Below, in pieces: positions 17,427 through 26,834 of a stretch of 64,000 bases of DNA. The number at the start of each line of letters is the position of its first letter. The stretch's first letter is position 1. The DNA comes from Candidatus Microgenomates bacterium. Its GTDB lineage: Bacteria; Patescibacteriota; Microgenomatia; UBA8517. Both the position numbers and the translations under genes were made by a program. The DNA is taken from contig JADHUT010000001.1 of NCBI GenBank assembly GCA_016784385.1, forward strand, positions 20,547 to 84,546. Reading direction: 5' to 3'. The notes beneath the pieces are model-generated. The model was not told the origin of the DNA, ran no database searches, and was given only the letters and a program-made list of their open reading frames with translations.

Positions 17427-17832
17427 TGCTTCAGTTGTACTCTCTGGATTAAGATCTCCAAATGGTGGATCAGGTAAATTATTAGATTTTGTCGGAGAAA
17501 AGTTAATTAATGGACAAATAAGTGAAATTATTTTAGATGAGATATTAAAACATAGTCAGAAACTTGGGATACCAAAAACTACTGCACAAAAGAAATGTTT
17601 GAAATATTTTGAACCAATATTGTCTGAACCGGGTTTAAAAAAGGTAGATAAATATACAAAAAAAGTAATTGATGAGGGAGATGCTCATGTATTAGCTTCA
17701 TATGAAGAAGGAAGTTGTAATTACTTGGTCACATTAGATAAAAAACATTTGTTATCACTTAAAGGAAAAATAAAAGGATTTAATATTTATACACCTGGGG
17801 AATTAATACAATTGTTAAAAATAAAGATATGA
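17383..17832 (+). CDS. PIN-domain toxin
   Basis: KVLFNASVVLSG, DEGDAHVLA, YLVTLDKKHLL. Confidence 0.82.
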   Translation: MTKRQKNLEPKVLFNASVVLSGLRSPNGGSGKLLDFVGEKLINGQISEIILDEILKHSQKLGIPKTTAQKKCLKYFEPILSEPGLKKVDKYTKKVIDEGDAHVLASYEEGSCNYLVTLDKKHLLSLKGKIKGFNIYTPGELIQLLKIKI

Positions 17833-17833
17833 A

Positions 17834-17920
17834 AAAACTAACAACTTCAAATTCTCTCTCCAAAATAAAAAGAGGAAAAGGTGGGTTTGGAAGTACTGGT
17901 AAAAAGTAATTCCTCTTGAC
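17834..17920 (+). repeat. dut 3' tail, copy 2 (displaced)
   Basis: Encodes ...KRGKGGFGSTGKK* and carries the TTGAC used by the thyX promoter. Confidence 0.95.
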
Positions 17921-17951
17921 GGTTAGTGTTTAAATTGGTAAAAAACTCTCA

Positions 17952-19493
17952 GTGGAAAGACGAGTATTAACTGAACAAGAAGCTTGTCAGGATATTTTGA
18001 ACCAATACCTAAGTTTAGGTGAAAAATTTCAAAATTTTCCAACGGTAACTTTAAGATTAAATTCTCACACTCCCGATGGTGAGGTAATACAGGCAGAGTC
18101 AGTGGGCGCCTCAACAGCATATCAGTGTTATGCGGGAGGTGTTGCAAGGATGGTTAACCGAGATGATAAAAGATCTTTAAATATCGCACGAGATACACTC
18201 AATGCAGGACACCACACAACTAGAATGCACACACACTACACTTGGAAGATTGTTGGAGCAACGAGGTCTGTTACACACGATGTTTTTCATGCAACCCCTT
18301 TTTACAATTCAGAACAACAAAGTCAAAGATATGTAGAGGCAAGGGAGGGATTTTTTTTAGTTCCGAATGAGCTAACATCAGAACAAACAAATATTTACAA
18401 AGAAGCCGCGGACTTTGCTAATGGGTCATACTTTAGGCTGTTGGGAGATTTAAAACCTTTGGTAGAAGAAAGAGTAAGGGCCATGAATCCAGAAGGTGGA
18501 TGGAAAGTGGAAGGAACAAGATATAGACTTGGGGGCAAAATTGACAAACTAAGCCAAGAGATAGCAAGGTATGTTTTACCTTTAGCCCAGCATACTACAT
18601 ATGACCACACCCTAAACGAACTTCAATTATTAAGGCTTTTTCAAGCGAGTAACATGGAAGGATTTACTAATGAGGCGAAATATTTAATAGCATCGATGAT
18701 TGGTGAGGTTTCTAAGGTTGACCCATCAATTTTAAGAGAGTTGAGAACACCTGCAGATATTGATGAATCTGAAAATAAAGTAACTGACAAAATACAGATT
18801 GATAAATTGCTTGATGGAAAAATGTCTGCACTCCTTCAGTCTCCGGAAAATGTTGACAGAGAATTGTTAGGGAGGATGGCAAACAGTAGTTTGTTGGCAA
18901 ATGTTTTTGATGTGGGTATGTTTGATCCACAAGTTTCAAGAATGAGAGAGTTTAATTTTGCTTTTGCAACAAAACTATCTCATGCAGGAGATTCACAAAG
19001 ACAACGGCACAGAAGAACAGCCGCAGGGGTTATGCCTATTGGCCAAATTTATGACGGAGAGGCTGATTTTATAACACCCCTTGTCATCAAAGAAAATCTC
19101 CAAATAAATAGAAAATATGAAGAAATGGTGGTCAATATGTTTGAAAACGTCAAAAAGGCGCTAAATGCAGGTATCCCTAAAGAATTTGCATTACTTCTTT
19201 TACCTAACGCAATATCTGTTCGGACTATTGAGTCTGGAGATTTATTTGATTGGATACATAGATGGAAACAAAGACTTTGTTATCTAGCTCAAGAAGAAAT
19301 ATTTTTTGCTTCAGTGAATCAGGTGGAAGATGTGTTGAAAAAAATACCTGAACTTACTCCAGCTCTACAAGCTCCTTGTGGAATTCGGAAGATGCATGGA
19401 GTAAAACCAAGATGTCCAGAAGGCGAAAGATGGTGTGGAAAACCAGTTTTTAATTGGGAAATTGGAGAGTATTCTGAAAATAGACTAATATAA
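17952..19493 (+). CDS. thyX: FAD-dependent thymidylate synthase, tandem Thy1-domain type
   Basis: QQSQRY and EIARYVLP in repeat 1; QRQRHRR, LLPNA and RLCYLAQEEI in repeat 2; dut/tmk context. Confidence 0.8.
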   Translation: MERRVLTEQEACQDILNQYLSLGEKFQNFPTVTLRLNSHTPDGEVIQAESVGASTAYQCYAGGVARMVNRDDKRSLNIARDTLNAGHHTTRMHTHYTWKIVGATRSVTHDVFHATPFYNSEQQSQRYVEAREGFFLVPNELTSEQTNIYKEAADFANGSYFRLLGDLKPLVEERVRAMNPEGGWKVEGTRYRLGGKIDKLSQEIARYVLPLAQHTTYDHTLNELQLLRLFQASNMEGFTNEAKYLIASMIGEVSKVDPSILRELRTPADIDESENKVTDKIQIDKLLDGKMSALLQSPENVDRELLGRMANSSLLANVFDVGMFDPQVSRMREFNFAFATKLSHAGDSQRQRHRRTAAGVMPIGQIYDGEADFITPLVIKENLQINRKYEEMVVNMFENVKKALNAGIPKEFALLLLPNAISVRTIESGDLFDWIHRWKQRLCYLAQEEIFFASVNQVEDVLKKIPELTPALQAPCGIRKMHGVKPRCPEGERWCGKPVFNWEIGEYSENRLI

Positions 19494-19524
19494 TTTTTTT
19501 AAAATTTTAGTAACAAAAAAAGAA

Positions 19525-19553
19525 GGATTTGAAAATACTGGTAAAAGTTAATT
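19525..19553 (+). repeat. dut 3' tail, copy 3 (degenerate)
   Basis: ggatttgaaaatactggtaaaagttaatt is 24/29 identical to 17883..17911; GFENTGKS* versus GFGSTGKK*. Confidence 0.75.
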
Positions 19554-19611
19554 GTCTACTTGCAATTTCTGTTTGAAAAGGTTATTTTTGTTTTTGCTCC
19601 TGCCCGAGTAT

Positions 19612-20268
19612 ATGGAAAGAAATTCTGGATATTTTATAACACTTGAAGGGGGGGAAGGTTGTGGTAAAACTTCTCACGTACCTGGCTTAGCTGATCGTCT
19701 TCGTGAAAGAGATTTGGTTGTTTTTCCAACTCGCGAACCAGGTGGAACGTCTATTGGTGAGCAGATAAGAGAGGTTCTACATAATATGAAAAATAAGGAA
19801 ATGCATCCACGGACAGAAACTTTATTATTTCAAGCTGCCAGGGTACAATTTGTTGAAGAAGTCCTCAGACCAAAGATTGACTTGAGTGAGATTGTAATTT
19901 CAGACAGGTATGCTGATTCTACGCTAGCATATCAAGGATACGGGCATAGACAAGATGTTCAAGAACTTTTAGGGATTATTATTTATGCCACTGGTGGTTT
20001 AGTTCCAGATCTAACGGTTTTATTAGATGTAGATGTAGAAATTGGATTAGCCAGAAAACGGAGCTCAAGTGAATGGAACAGACTTGATGATTATCCCCCA
20101 GAATTTCACCACAGAGTTAATGAGGGGTATTTAGAAATGGCCAAAAAAGACCCAGATCGTTGGGTAGTCATAAATGCCAATGAAACAAAGGGTCGGGTGT
20201 TTGATAATTTGGTGGAAGTTGTCGAAACAAAACTAGAAAAAGCTGGAATTTTAAAAAGACAGAACTGA
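19612..20268 (+). CDS. tmk: thymidylate kinase
   Basis: FITLEGGEGCGKT, TREPGGT, SDRYADSTLAYQG. Confidence 0.96.
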   Translation: MERNSGYFITLEGGEGCGKTSHVPGLADRLRERDLVVFPTREPGGTSIGEQIREVLHNMKNKEMHPRTETLLFQAARVQFVEEVLRPKIDLSEIVISDRYADSTLAYQGYGHRQDVQELLGIIIYATGGLVPDLTVLLDVDVEIGLARKRSSSEWNRLDDYPPEFHHRVNEGYLEMAKKDPDRWVVINANETKGRVFDNLVEVVETKLEKAGILKRQN

Positions 20269-20300
20269 CAACAAGGAGTGTAGTTGGTATAATTACACTC

Positions 20301-21536
20301 ATGGATAAAGTACAAGAACTCATAGACCAAGAAAAACAACGACAACAAGACACTCTCTGTTTGATTCCTTCTGAAAACTACGCTTCAAATAAAGTTATGG
20401 ATGCAGTTGGTTCAGTACTCATGAATAAATATTCAGAAGGGTACTCAAGTAAAAGATATTACCAAGGAAATGGTGTTGTGGATGAATTGGAAAGTTTAAC
20501 AATTAAAAAAGCCAAAAAACTTTTTGGTGTAGAACATGTCAATGTGCAACCATATTCTGGATCTCCTGCAAACTCAGCCGTACTTTTTGGTTTGTTGGAA
20601 CCAAATGACAAAATAATGGGATTATCCCTTTCTTCTGGTGGACATTTGACCCATGGTCATCCAAATATTACTTTTTCTGGTAAATTTTTTAAATCAGTTC
20701 AGTTTGGAACTGATGATGGTGGTGTAATTGATTATGGCGAAGTTGAAAAGCTAGCAAAAGAGGAAAAACCAAAACTTTTAATAATCGGAACTACTGCATA
20801 TCCACTAATTTTAGATTGGAAGAGATTGGGTGAAATTGCTGACCTGGTTGGTGCATATTTGGTAGCTGATATTTCTCATGTTGCAGGTTTGGTTGTAGCT
20901 GGAGTGTATGAAACCCCAGTGAATGATGCTCATGTAATTACAACAACAACACACAAAACTCTCAGAGGACCCCGTGGAGCCATGATAATGGTTACAAAAA
21001 AGGGTCTAAAAAAAGATCCTGAAATTTCAAAGAAAATTGACAGGGCAGTTTTTCCTGGAATGCAAGGAGGACCACACAATAACACCACAGCAGGAATCTT
21101 GCAGGCTTTAATTGAAGCGGAAAGTGAGGATTTCAAAAAGTATGGGCAACAGGTAGTTTTTAGTGAAAAAGTTTTGGCAAAAGAACTGGTTGGTGGTGGT
21201 CTGACATTGGTTACAGGGGGAACCCAGTGTCATTTGATGGTAATTGATCTGCGACCCCAAAAACTTTCTGGTTCAACTGTATCAGAAGCTTTGGAAGAGG
21301 TTGGTATTATTGTCAATAAAAATGCGGTACCAAATGATAGTGCACCTCCTTTCAACCCGTCGGGTATTAGGATTGGCACACCAGCATTAACTACTCGAGG
21401 AATGGGGGAGATTGAAATGAAAAAAATTGCATCATGGATATTGCAAGTTGTGGAAGCAGTAAAACTTCGAGACAAAACAGAATTAACAAAAATAAAAAAA
21501 GAGGTTGGTGAAATGTGTAAAAAATTCCCTCTATAG
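20301..21536 (+). CDS. glyA: serine hydroxymethyltransferase
   Basis: LIPSEN, NKYSEGY, GGHLTHG, TTTHKTLRGPRG. Confidence 0.97.
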   Translation: MDKVQELIDQEKQRQQDTLCLIPSENYASNKVMDAVGSVLMNKYSEGYSSKRYYQGNGVVDELESLTIKKAKKLFGVEHVNVQPYSGSPANSAVLFGLLEPNDKIMGLSLSSGGHLTHGHPNITFSGKFFKSVQFGTDDGGVIDYGEVEKLAKEEKPKLLIIGTTAYPLILDWKRLGEIADLVGAYLVADISHVAGLVVAGVYETPVNDAHVITTTTHKTLRGPRGAMIMVTKKGLKKDPEISKKIDRAVFPGMQGGPHNNTTAGILQALIEAESEDFKKYGQQVVFSEKVLAKELVGGGLTLVTGGTQCHLMVIDLRPQKLSGSTVSEALEEVGIIVNKNAVPNDSAPPFNPSGIRIGTPALTTRGMGEIEMKKIASWILQVVEAVKLRDKTELTKIKKEVGEMCKKFPL

Positions 21537-21546
21537 ACAATAATCA

Positions 21547-22344
21547 ATGACAAATATATTTGATGGAAAAAAGTTCGCGAGAAAAAAAGAGCTAGATTTA
21601 GAAAAAAAAGTACAAAAACTTCGTTCAAAAAAAATATTTCCACACTTTGCCTCTATTTTGATAGGATCAGATACAGCAAGCCTAATGTATATAAATATGA
21701 AAAAGAAAAGGGGGGAAAAGATTGGTATTGAAATGAGTGTTCACAAGTTTCCAAAAGCGACCAAAAGTGAAGATATTGTTGAGTTAATTAAATTATTAAA
21801 TGACGACAAACAAATTCATGGGATTATGATTCAACTTCCAATCCCATCACCTTTAGATAAACACACAGATGAATTTATTAAAATGATCGCTCCCAAAAAA
21901 GATGTGGATGGTCTTAAAGCTGATAGTTTATACATTCATCCAACCTCAAAAGCTATTTACGAAATATTGAAATTAGCCGAAAAAAAAGAAGAAAAAAGAT
22001 TTGTTACTGTTGCAGTAGTTGGCGCAACTGGCATGGTAGGGAATTCTCTCTCAAAAGTTTTGGGAAATCATGGATACAATACTATAAAATGTAATAGCAA
22101 AACTACAAATTTAAAAGATAAAACAAAAGTTGCTGATGTTGTGATTAGTGCGACTGGAAAATCTGGTTTAATCACAAAAGACTATATCAAAAATGAAGCA
22201 GTAGTAATTGACGTTGGTTCACCACAAGGAGATGTGAATTTTGAAGATGTAAAAGACAAAGTATCGTTCATGACACCAGTGCCAAATGGTGTTGGACCTG
22301 TTACAATTAGTTGTCTACTTGAAAATGTTGTAAATGCAATTTAG
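21547..22344 (+). CDS. folD: methylene-THF dehydrogenase/cyclohydrolase
   Basis: GIMIQLP, KDVDG, TPVPNGVGPVT. Confidence 0.93.
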   Translation: MTNIFDGKKFARKKELDLEKKVQKLRSKKIFPHFASILIGSDTASLMYINMKKKRGEKIGIEMSVHKFPKATKSEDIVELIKLLNDDKQIHGIMIQLPIPSPLDKHTDEFIKMIAPKKDVDGLKADSLYIHPTSKAIYEILKLAEKKEEKRFVTVAVVGATGMVGNSLSKVLGNHGYNTIKCNSKTTNLKDKTKVADVVISATGKSGLITKDYIKNEAVVIDVGSPQGDVNFEDVKDKVSFMTPVPNGVGPVTISCLLENVVNAI

Positions 22345-22390
22345 AAATTACTAAAACTCAAATAAGTATGGGTAAGAGAATAACTTTTAA

Positions 22391-22909
22391 ATGAGTAAAA
22401 GAAAAAAATCAATAACAAAACAAACTGTAGAAAGTTTTGTAAAAGACATAGCGTCAGGAAAGCCCACTCCAGGAGGTGGGGCAGTAGCAGCTTTCACCGG
22501 AGCCACAGCTGCAGCACTAGTTGAGATGGTGTGCACCTTAACTATTGGTAAAAAGGAATACGGTCGATTCGAAAACAAATTACAAAATATCCAAAAAAAT
22601 TCTTTGGAATACAGAAAAAAACTACTGAAACTCGCGGATGACGATGTGGCTGCATTTACTTCAGTAATGGAAGGGTACAGAAGTGGAGACAAAGAAAAAA
22701 TCAAAAGATCATTGAAAAGAGCAATGGAAGTATCCATGGAAGTTAAAAAGTTAGTTACTGAGTTGCAAAAAATGGCTATAACAGTATCTAAGTTTGGAAA
22801 TAAAAATGCAATCAGTGACGCTAAAACTGCAATTTATCTTTGTGGAGCTTCTGGAAAGTCAGCCTGGGAGAATGTGAAGATAAATAAGCAAGCTCTAAAA
22901 AATCTGTAA
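22391..22909 (+). CDS. formiminotetrahydrofolate cyclodeaminase / cyclohydrolase family
   Basis: PTPGGGAVAA, GNKNAISDA, NVKIN. Confidence 0.85.
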   Translation: MSKRKKSITKQTVESFVKDIASGKPTPGGGAVAAFTGATAAALVEMVCTLTIGKKEYGRFENKLQNIQKNSLEYRKKLLKLADDDVAAFTSVMEGYRSGDKEKIKRSLKRAMEVSMEVKKLVTELQKMAITVSKFGNKNAISDAKTAIYLCGASGKSAWENVKINKQALKNL

Positions 22910-22915
22910 ACAGTA

Positions 22916-23125
22916 TCAAACTCCTTTTTTCACCCACTCATCTCTTCTTATGGAATTTTGCAAATTATTGAGTCTGTATTCGTTGGCTTTCTTTGGATCG
23001 GTGTGTATATTGGCTATTGCTCTTGTGGTTTCTGTGAGGAGATTTAAATATTTACCAACTTTAATGTCGCCTTTTATGCCTTTTACTTCACCAATTGCGT
23101 TGCCCGGGTCAATATCAACTCCCAT
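22916..23125 (-). CDS. small hypothetical protein
   Basis: 69-aa ORF, TATAAT 8 nt before the ATG. Confidence 0.5.
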   Translation of the reverse strand: MGVDIDPGNAIGEVKGIKGDIKVGKYLNLLTETTRAIANIHTDPKKANEYRLNNLQNSIRRDEWVKKGV

Positions 23126-23186
23126 ACGGAATAATTATAAAGACAACTTGTATTTTTTTCAACTTTTATGTAAAATACTTCTTAAA

Positions 23187-23241
23187 GCACGCAGATTTAG
23201 TTTCCTGGTACTTACAGAATCTGTGGAAGGACAAGGAAACA
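23187..23241 (+). promoter_or_regulatory. putative rpsB (S2/t44-like) leader RNA
   Basis: cacgcagatt/aatctgtgg stem with tttcct/aggaaa pseudoknot potential, upstream of rpsB. Confidence 0.5.
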
Positions 23242-23252
23242 ATTAATTTCAA

Positions 23253-24065
23253 ATGTCTACTAAAAAAACAAAAGTTGTAAAAAAGATTGTTAAAAAATCT
23301 ACTCCTAAAAAAGTGGTGAGCAAATCTGTTTCTAAAAAGACGGAAAAGAAGGTTGTTGTCAAAAAAGCTGTAAAGGCACCCAAACCTCCAAAAAAAACTT
23401 CAGAAGTTTCATTGGAGGCACTTCTTGAGTCAGGAGCTCATTTTGGTCATCAAGTAAGACGGTGGAATCCTAAAGTTAGAGATTATGTATATGGAGCTCA
23501 AGATGGGGTACACATTTTTGATCTTGTTAAAACCAAAGCTGCATTAGAAGAAGCTTTGAATGAAATTAAAAAAGCAAAGGCCTCTGGAAAGTCAATACTT
23601 CTTCTTGGCACTAAAAAACAAATAAAAGAAAAGGTTGCAGAAGTGGCAATATCAAGTGGTGTTTCATATGTAAATGAAAGATGGTTGGGGGGAACTATTA
23701 CAAATTTCGATCAAATCAAAAAATCTATTGCCAAACTAGATGACTTAAAAACAAACATGGCAAGTGGGGGGTTTGCTAAATACACTAAAAAAGAAAGAGT
23801 ATTGATAGAAAGAGAGATTGCAAGATTAGAGCGCTTCTTCGGAGGAATTTCAACTCTTAAAGAAAAACCAGACATGATAATTGTAGTTGACATCAGAAGA
23901 GAGGCTACTGCAATAAGAGAAGCTAAGAGGAAAGGTGTAGCAACTGTAGGAATAGTTGATACAAATGCAGATCCAGATGATGTAGATTTTCCAATTCCAA
24001 TGAATGATGATGCAACAAAAGCACTAGTCTACGTCCTTGATCTTATTGGAGAAGTTTTGAAATAA
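23253..24065 (+). CDS. rpsB: 30S ribosomal protein S2 with Lys-rich N-terminal extension
   Basis: LLESGAHFGH, RWNPK, RWLGGTITNF, IVDTNADP. Confidence 0.97.
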   Translation: MSTKKTKVVKKIVKKSTPKKVVSKSVSKKTEKKVVVKKAVKAPKPPKKTSEVSLEALLESGAHFGHQVRRWNPKVRDYVYGAQDGVHIFDLVKTKAALEEALNEIKKAKASGKSILLLGTKKQIKEKVAEVAISSGVSYVNERWLGGTITNFDQIKKSIAKLDDLKTNMASGGFAKYTKKERVLIEREIARLERFFGGISTLKEKPDMIIVVDIRREATAIREAKRKGVATVGIVDTNADPDDVDFPIPMNDDATKALVYVLDLIGEVLK

Positions 24066-24086
24066 ATAAATATACAATAAAATAAT

Positions 24087-24539
24087 ATGGCAAAAATAGA
24101 CACAAAACAAATCAAAAAGTTAAGAGAAGAAACTGGAGCCGGTGTTATGAGAGCAAAGGAAGTTTTAGTTGAAACTAAGGGTAATTACAAAAAAGCTGCA
24201 GATATATTAAAAAAAGAAGGATTTGAGAAAATGGCAAAGAGAGCGGGTCGAGAAACAACGGAGGGAAGAGTATTTACATATGAGCACCATACTGGAAAAG
24301 TTGGAGTATTAGTAGAACTTTTTAGTGAAACTGATTTTGTTGCAAAAAACAAACTTTTTCAAAATTTAGGCAAAGACATCGCCCTACAAGTTGCTTCAAT
24401 GGGAGACAAAAAAGTTGAAAGCCAAGATTATATCAAAGACCCAAGCAAAAAAATCTCCGACGTAATCAAAGAAGTAATAATCAAAACTGGTGAGAATATT
24501 AAATTAGGTAAGGTTGTCAGAGTAGAGCTGGGAAAGTAA
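24087..24539 (+). CDS. tsf: elongation factor Ts (short form)
   Basis: LREETGAG, ETDFVAK; follows rpsB. Confidence 0.93.
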   Translation: MAKIDTKQIKKLREETGAGVMRAKEVLVETKGNYKKAADILKKEGFEKMAKRAGRETTEGRVFTYEHHTGKVGVLVELFSETDFVAKNKLFQNLGKDIALQVASMGDKKVESQDYIKDPSKKISDVIKEVIIKTGENIKLGKVVRVELGK

Positions 24540-24540
24540 C

Positions 24541-24777
24541 ATGGCTGCAGTTGAAGCGAGAATAGTTGTATCTGACAGCACGGCAGAAGAAAAAATTACC
24601 AAAGAAGGTGCTAATTGGGTATTTGGATGTGATAACGACCCATATCCGTTGGTGGAGGGCCTTGCACGTACCAGTGGTACAGTTTATTGTAAAATTTTGG
24701 GGAAAAGATCATTTTTGATAAACGGAATATGTATAAAGAGTTCCTGTTCAAATCATTCTAGTAATAGTAGTATATAA
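24541..24777 (+). CDS. small Cys-containing hypothetical protein
   Basis: 78-aa ORF starting 1 nt after the tsf stop. Confidence 0.45.
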   Translation: MAAVEARIVVSDSTAEEKITKEGANWVFGCDNDPYPLVEGLARTSGTVYCKILGKRSFLINGICIKSSCSNHSSNSSI

Positions 24778-24801
24778 TTTGTTTACAGTTTGAAACAAAA
24801 A

Positions 24802-25356
24802 ATGGATGAAACTTCACTAAATGCAAAATTTCAAAAAGTAGTTGACATCGTTTCAACAGACATTAGTTCTATCCGAACTGGTCGTGCAACACCGTCGTTG
24901 GTTGAAAATATTGTAATTCCTGCATATGGAGGAACACAGAATATGAAGGTTTTAGAAGTTGCTTCCATTACGACACCTGACCCAACCACACTAGTTATTT
25001 CTCCTTGGGACAAATCAATTATTGGAGACATTAAAAAAGGAATATTGGAAGCAAATGTGGGACTTAACCCAAACATTGATGGGGAAATAATCAGAATCAC
25101 AGTTGCAAGCTTGACCACAGAAGACAGAGAAAAATATGTAAAACTACTTTCTCAAAAGATTGAAAGTGGAAAAGTAATGATGAGGCAAGTGCGTGGAGAT
25201 CAAATGCAGTCTATAAAGAAAAGTTTTGAGGATAAAAGTATTACAGAAGATGAAAAGTTTGATCAAGAAAAAAGTTTGCAAGAAACAGTGGATAAATTTG
25301 TTAAAATTTTGGAAGAAAAAGGTGAAGCCAAAAAAACTGAACTACTCCAAATTTAA
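24802..25356 (+). CDS. frr: ribosome recycling factor
   Basis: IRTGRATPSL, ANVGLNP, LTTEDRE. Confidence 0.95.
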   Translation: MDETSLNAKFQKVVDIVSTDISSIRTGRATPSLVENIVIPAYGGTQNMKVLEVASITTPDPTTLVISPWDKSIIGDIKKGILEANVGLNPNIDGEIIRITVASLTTEDREKYVKLLSQKIESGKVMMRQVRGDQMQSIKKSFEDKSITEDEKFDQEKSLQETVDKFVKILEEKGEAKKTELLQI

Positions 25357-25649
25357 GCAAACTCAATTTCTGGTAAATGAAGATGTGTCTCTATTCTGCG
25401 AACCTTTTTGAGTGTTTTTATGTCTTCTTTATCAAGCGTATTTGAAACAATTTTGAGATATTTTTGTATTTTTTTTGTAACAATCTCTATATTTTTGAGC
25501 CTACTTTTTACTTCTCGCAATTCATTAGCAACACGCATACCAGCCATGGTTATGTCTCCACCTATTTCAGTTTTAATGTTTTCGTTATCTGTCCCAACTT
25601 CTTCTCGTATGATTTCTCGTAGTTTCTTCAAATCTACTTTAGTTAACAT
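25353..25649 (-). CDS. small coiled-coil hypothetical protein
   Basis: MLTKVDLKKLREIIREEV...KVRRIETHL; TATAAT 8 nt before the ATG. Confidence 0.7.
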   Translation of the reverse strand: MLTKVDLKKLREIIREEVGTDNENIKTEIGGDITMAGMRVANELREVKSRLKNIEIVTKKIQKYLKIVSNTLDKEDIKTLKKVRRIETHLHLPEIEFA

Positions 25650-25720
25650 AACTTAATATTATATTGTGAACATTTTTTGTCAATTGGATTGATTGTTTTT
25701 TTCCCGTATACTCATTTCAT

Positions 25721-26821
25721 ATGTTTGGATCAATTGTAGTTTTTATTCTTCTTCTTTCAACTTTAATTTTGGTTCATGAACTAGGACACTTCTGGGTTGC
25801 AAAGAAAAATGGTATTTGGGTTGAAGAGTTTGGTTTTGGACTTCCACCCAGAATAATTGGTAAAAAAGTGGGGGATACTATCTATTCACTTAACCTACTA
25901 CCCTTTGGTGGTTTTGTCAGGCTTCATGGAGAGTTAACCGCTGATGGAGTAACTAAACCCAAAAGGGCATTTATTAATAAATCAAAAAAAGTAAAAACTG
26001 CAGTAATAGTTGCTGGAGTCATAATGAATTTTTTGTTGGCAGTTGTTGCATTTGCGATTGTCTACTCAACAGCAGGAATTCCAAAAGAGACCAATAAAGT
26101 ACAAGTAATGGACGTTAATCCTGGTTCACCTGCACAAGTGGCAGGACTAATCCAAGGTGATGTAATAACCAAAGTAAAAGACATAGAAATCAGCTCAACT
26201 ACAGGCTTTATTAATGAAATAAATGCCAATTTGGGTAAAAGAACTGTCTTGGAAGTTGTTTCTGGGGAAGAGACCAAAAAAGTAACCATCAAACCAAGAG
26301 TGGACCACCCCGAGGATGAGGGGCCACTGGGAGTTGTTATCTCTTCAGTTGAAATTTACTACCCACCAGTATGGCAAAGACCTTTCTATGGAATATATTT
26401 TGGGTTTAAAGAAGCTCTCTTTTGGGGTGGAAATATCATTGTTGGTTTTTCCTCAATTTTTAAAGATTTGTTTTCAGGTCATGCCCCACAAGACATTGCA
26501 GGACCAGTTGGAATATTTGCAATTACCTCAGAAGCTGCAAAAACTGGCATTATGTCACTACTCAATCTGTTGGGGATCATCTCTGTTAACTTGGCAATTT
26601 TAAATATTATTCCATTCCCCGCACTTGATGGTGGAAGACTTTTGTTTATTTTGATTGAAGGAGTCGTTGGTAGGAAAGTACTACCAAAAGCGGAAGCAGT
26701 AATCCATGCTGTTGGAATGATCGTGTTGATAGGACTGTTGTTGGCAATTACGATTCATGACATTCAAAGATTGGTAGCTGCTGGTTCATTATCTGGATTT
26801 TTAGAATCTGTAATTAAATAG
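25721..26821 (+). CDS. rseP: RIP metalloprotease RseP (M50 + PDZ)
   Basis: HELGH, PFGGFVRL, PDZ SPAQVAGL, NIIPFPALDGG. Confidence 0.93.
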   Translation: MFGSIVVFILLLSTLILVHELGHFWVAKKNGIWVEEFGFGLPPRIIGKKVGDTIYSLNLLPFGGFVRLHGELTADGVTKPKRAFINKSKKVKTAVIVAGVIMNFLLAVVAFAIVYSTAGIPKETNKVQVMDVNPGSPAQVAGLIQGDVITKVKDIEISSTTGFINEINANLGKRTVLEVVSGEETKKVTIKPRVDHPEDEGPLGVVISSVEIYYPPVWQRPFYGIYFGFKEALFWGGNIIVGFSSIFKDLFSGHAPQDIAGPVGIFAITSEAAKTGIMSLLNLLGIISVNLAILNIIPFPALDGGRLLFILIEGVVGRKVLPKAEAVIHAVGMIVLIGLLLAITIHDIQRLVAAGSLSGFLESVIK

Positions 26822-26834
26822 TACAATATCATTC

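Noticed and set aside
17054-17920. dut repeat pair as a DGR template/variable repeat
   Set aside because: Differences are not adenine-specific and no reverse transcriptase is present
22368-22403. atgggtaagagaa versus atgagtaaaagaa as a duplicated gene start
   Set aside because: 13 nt and purine-rich; too weak to support
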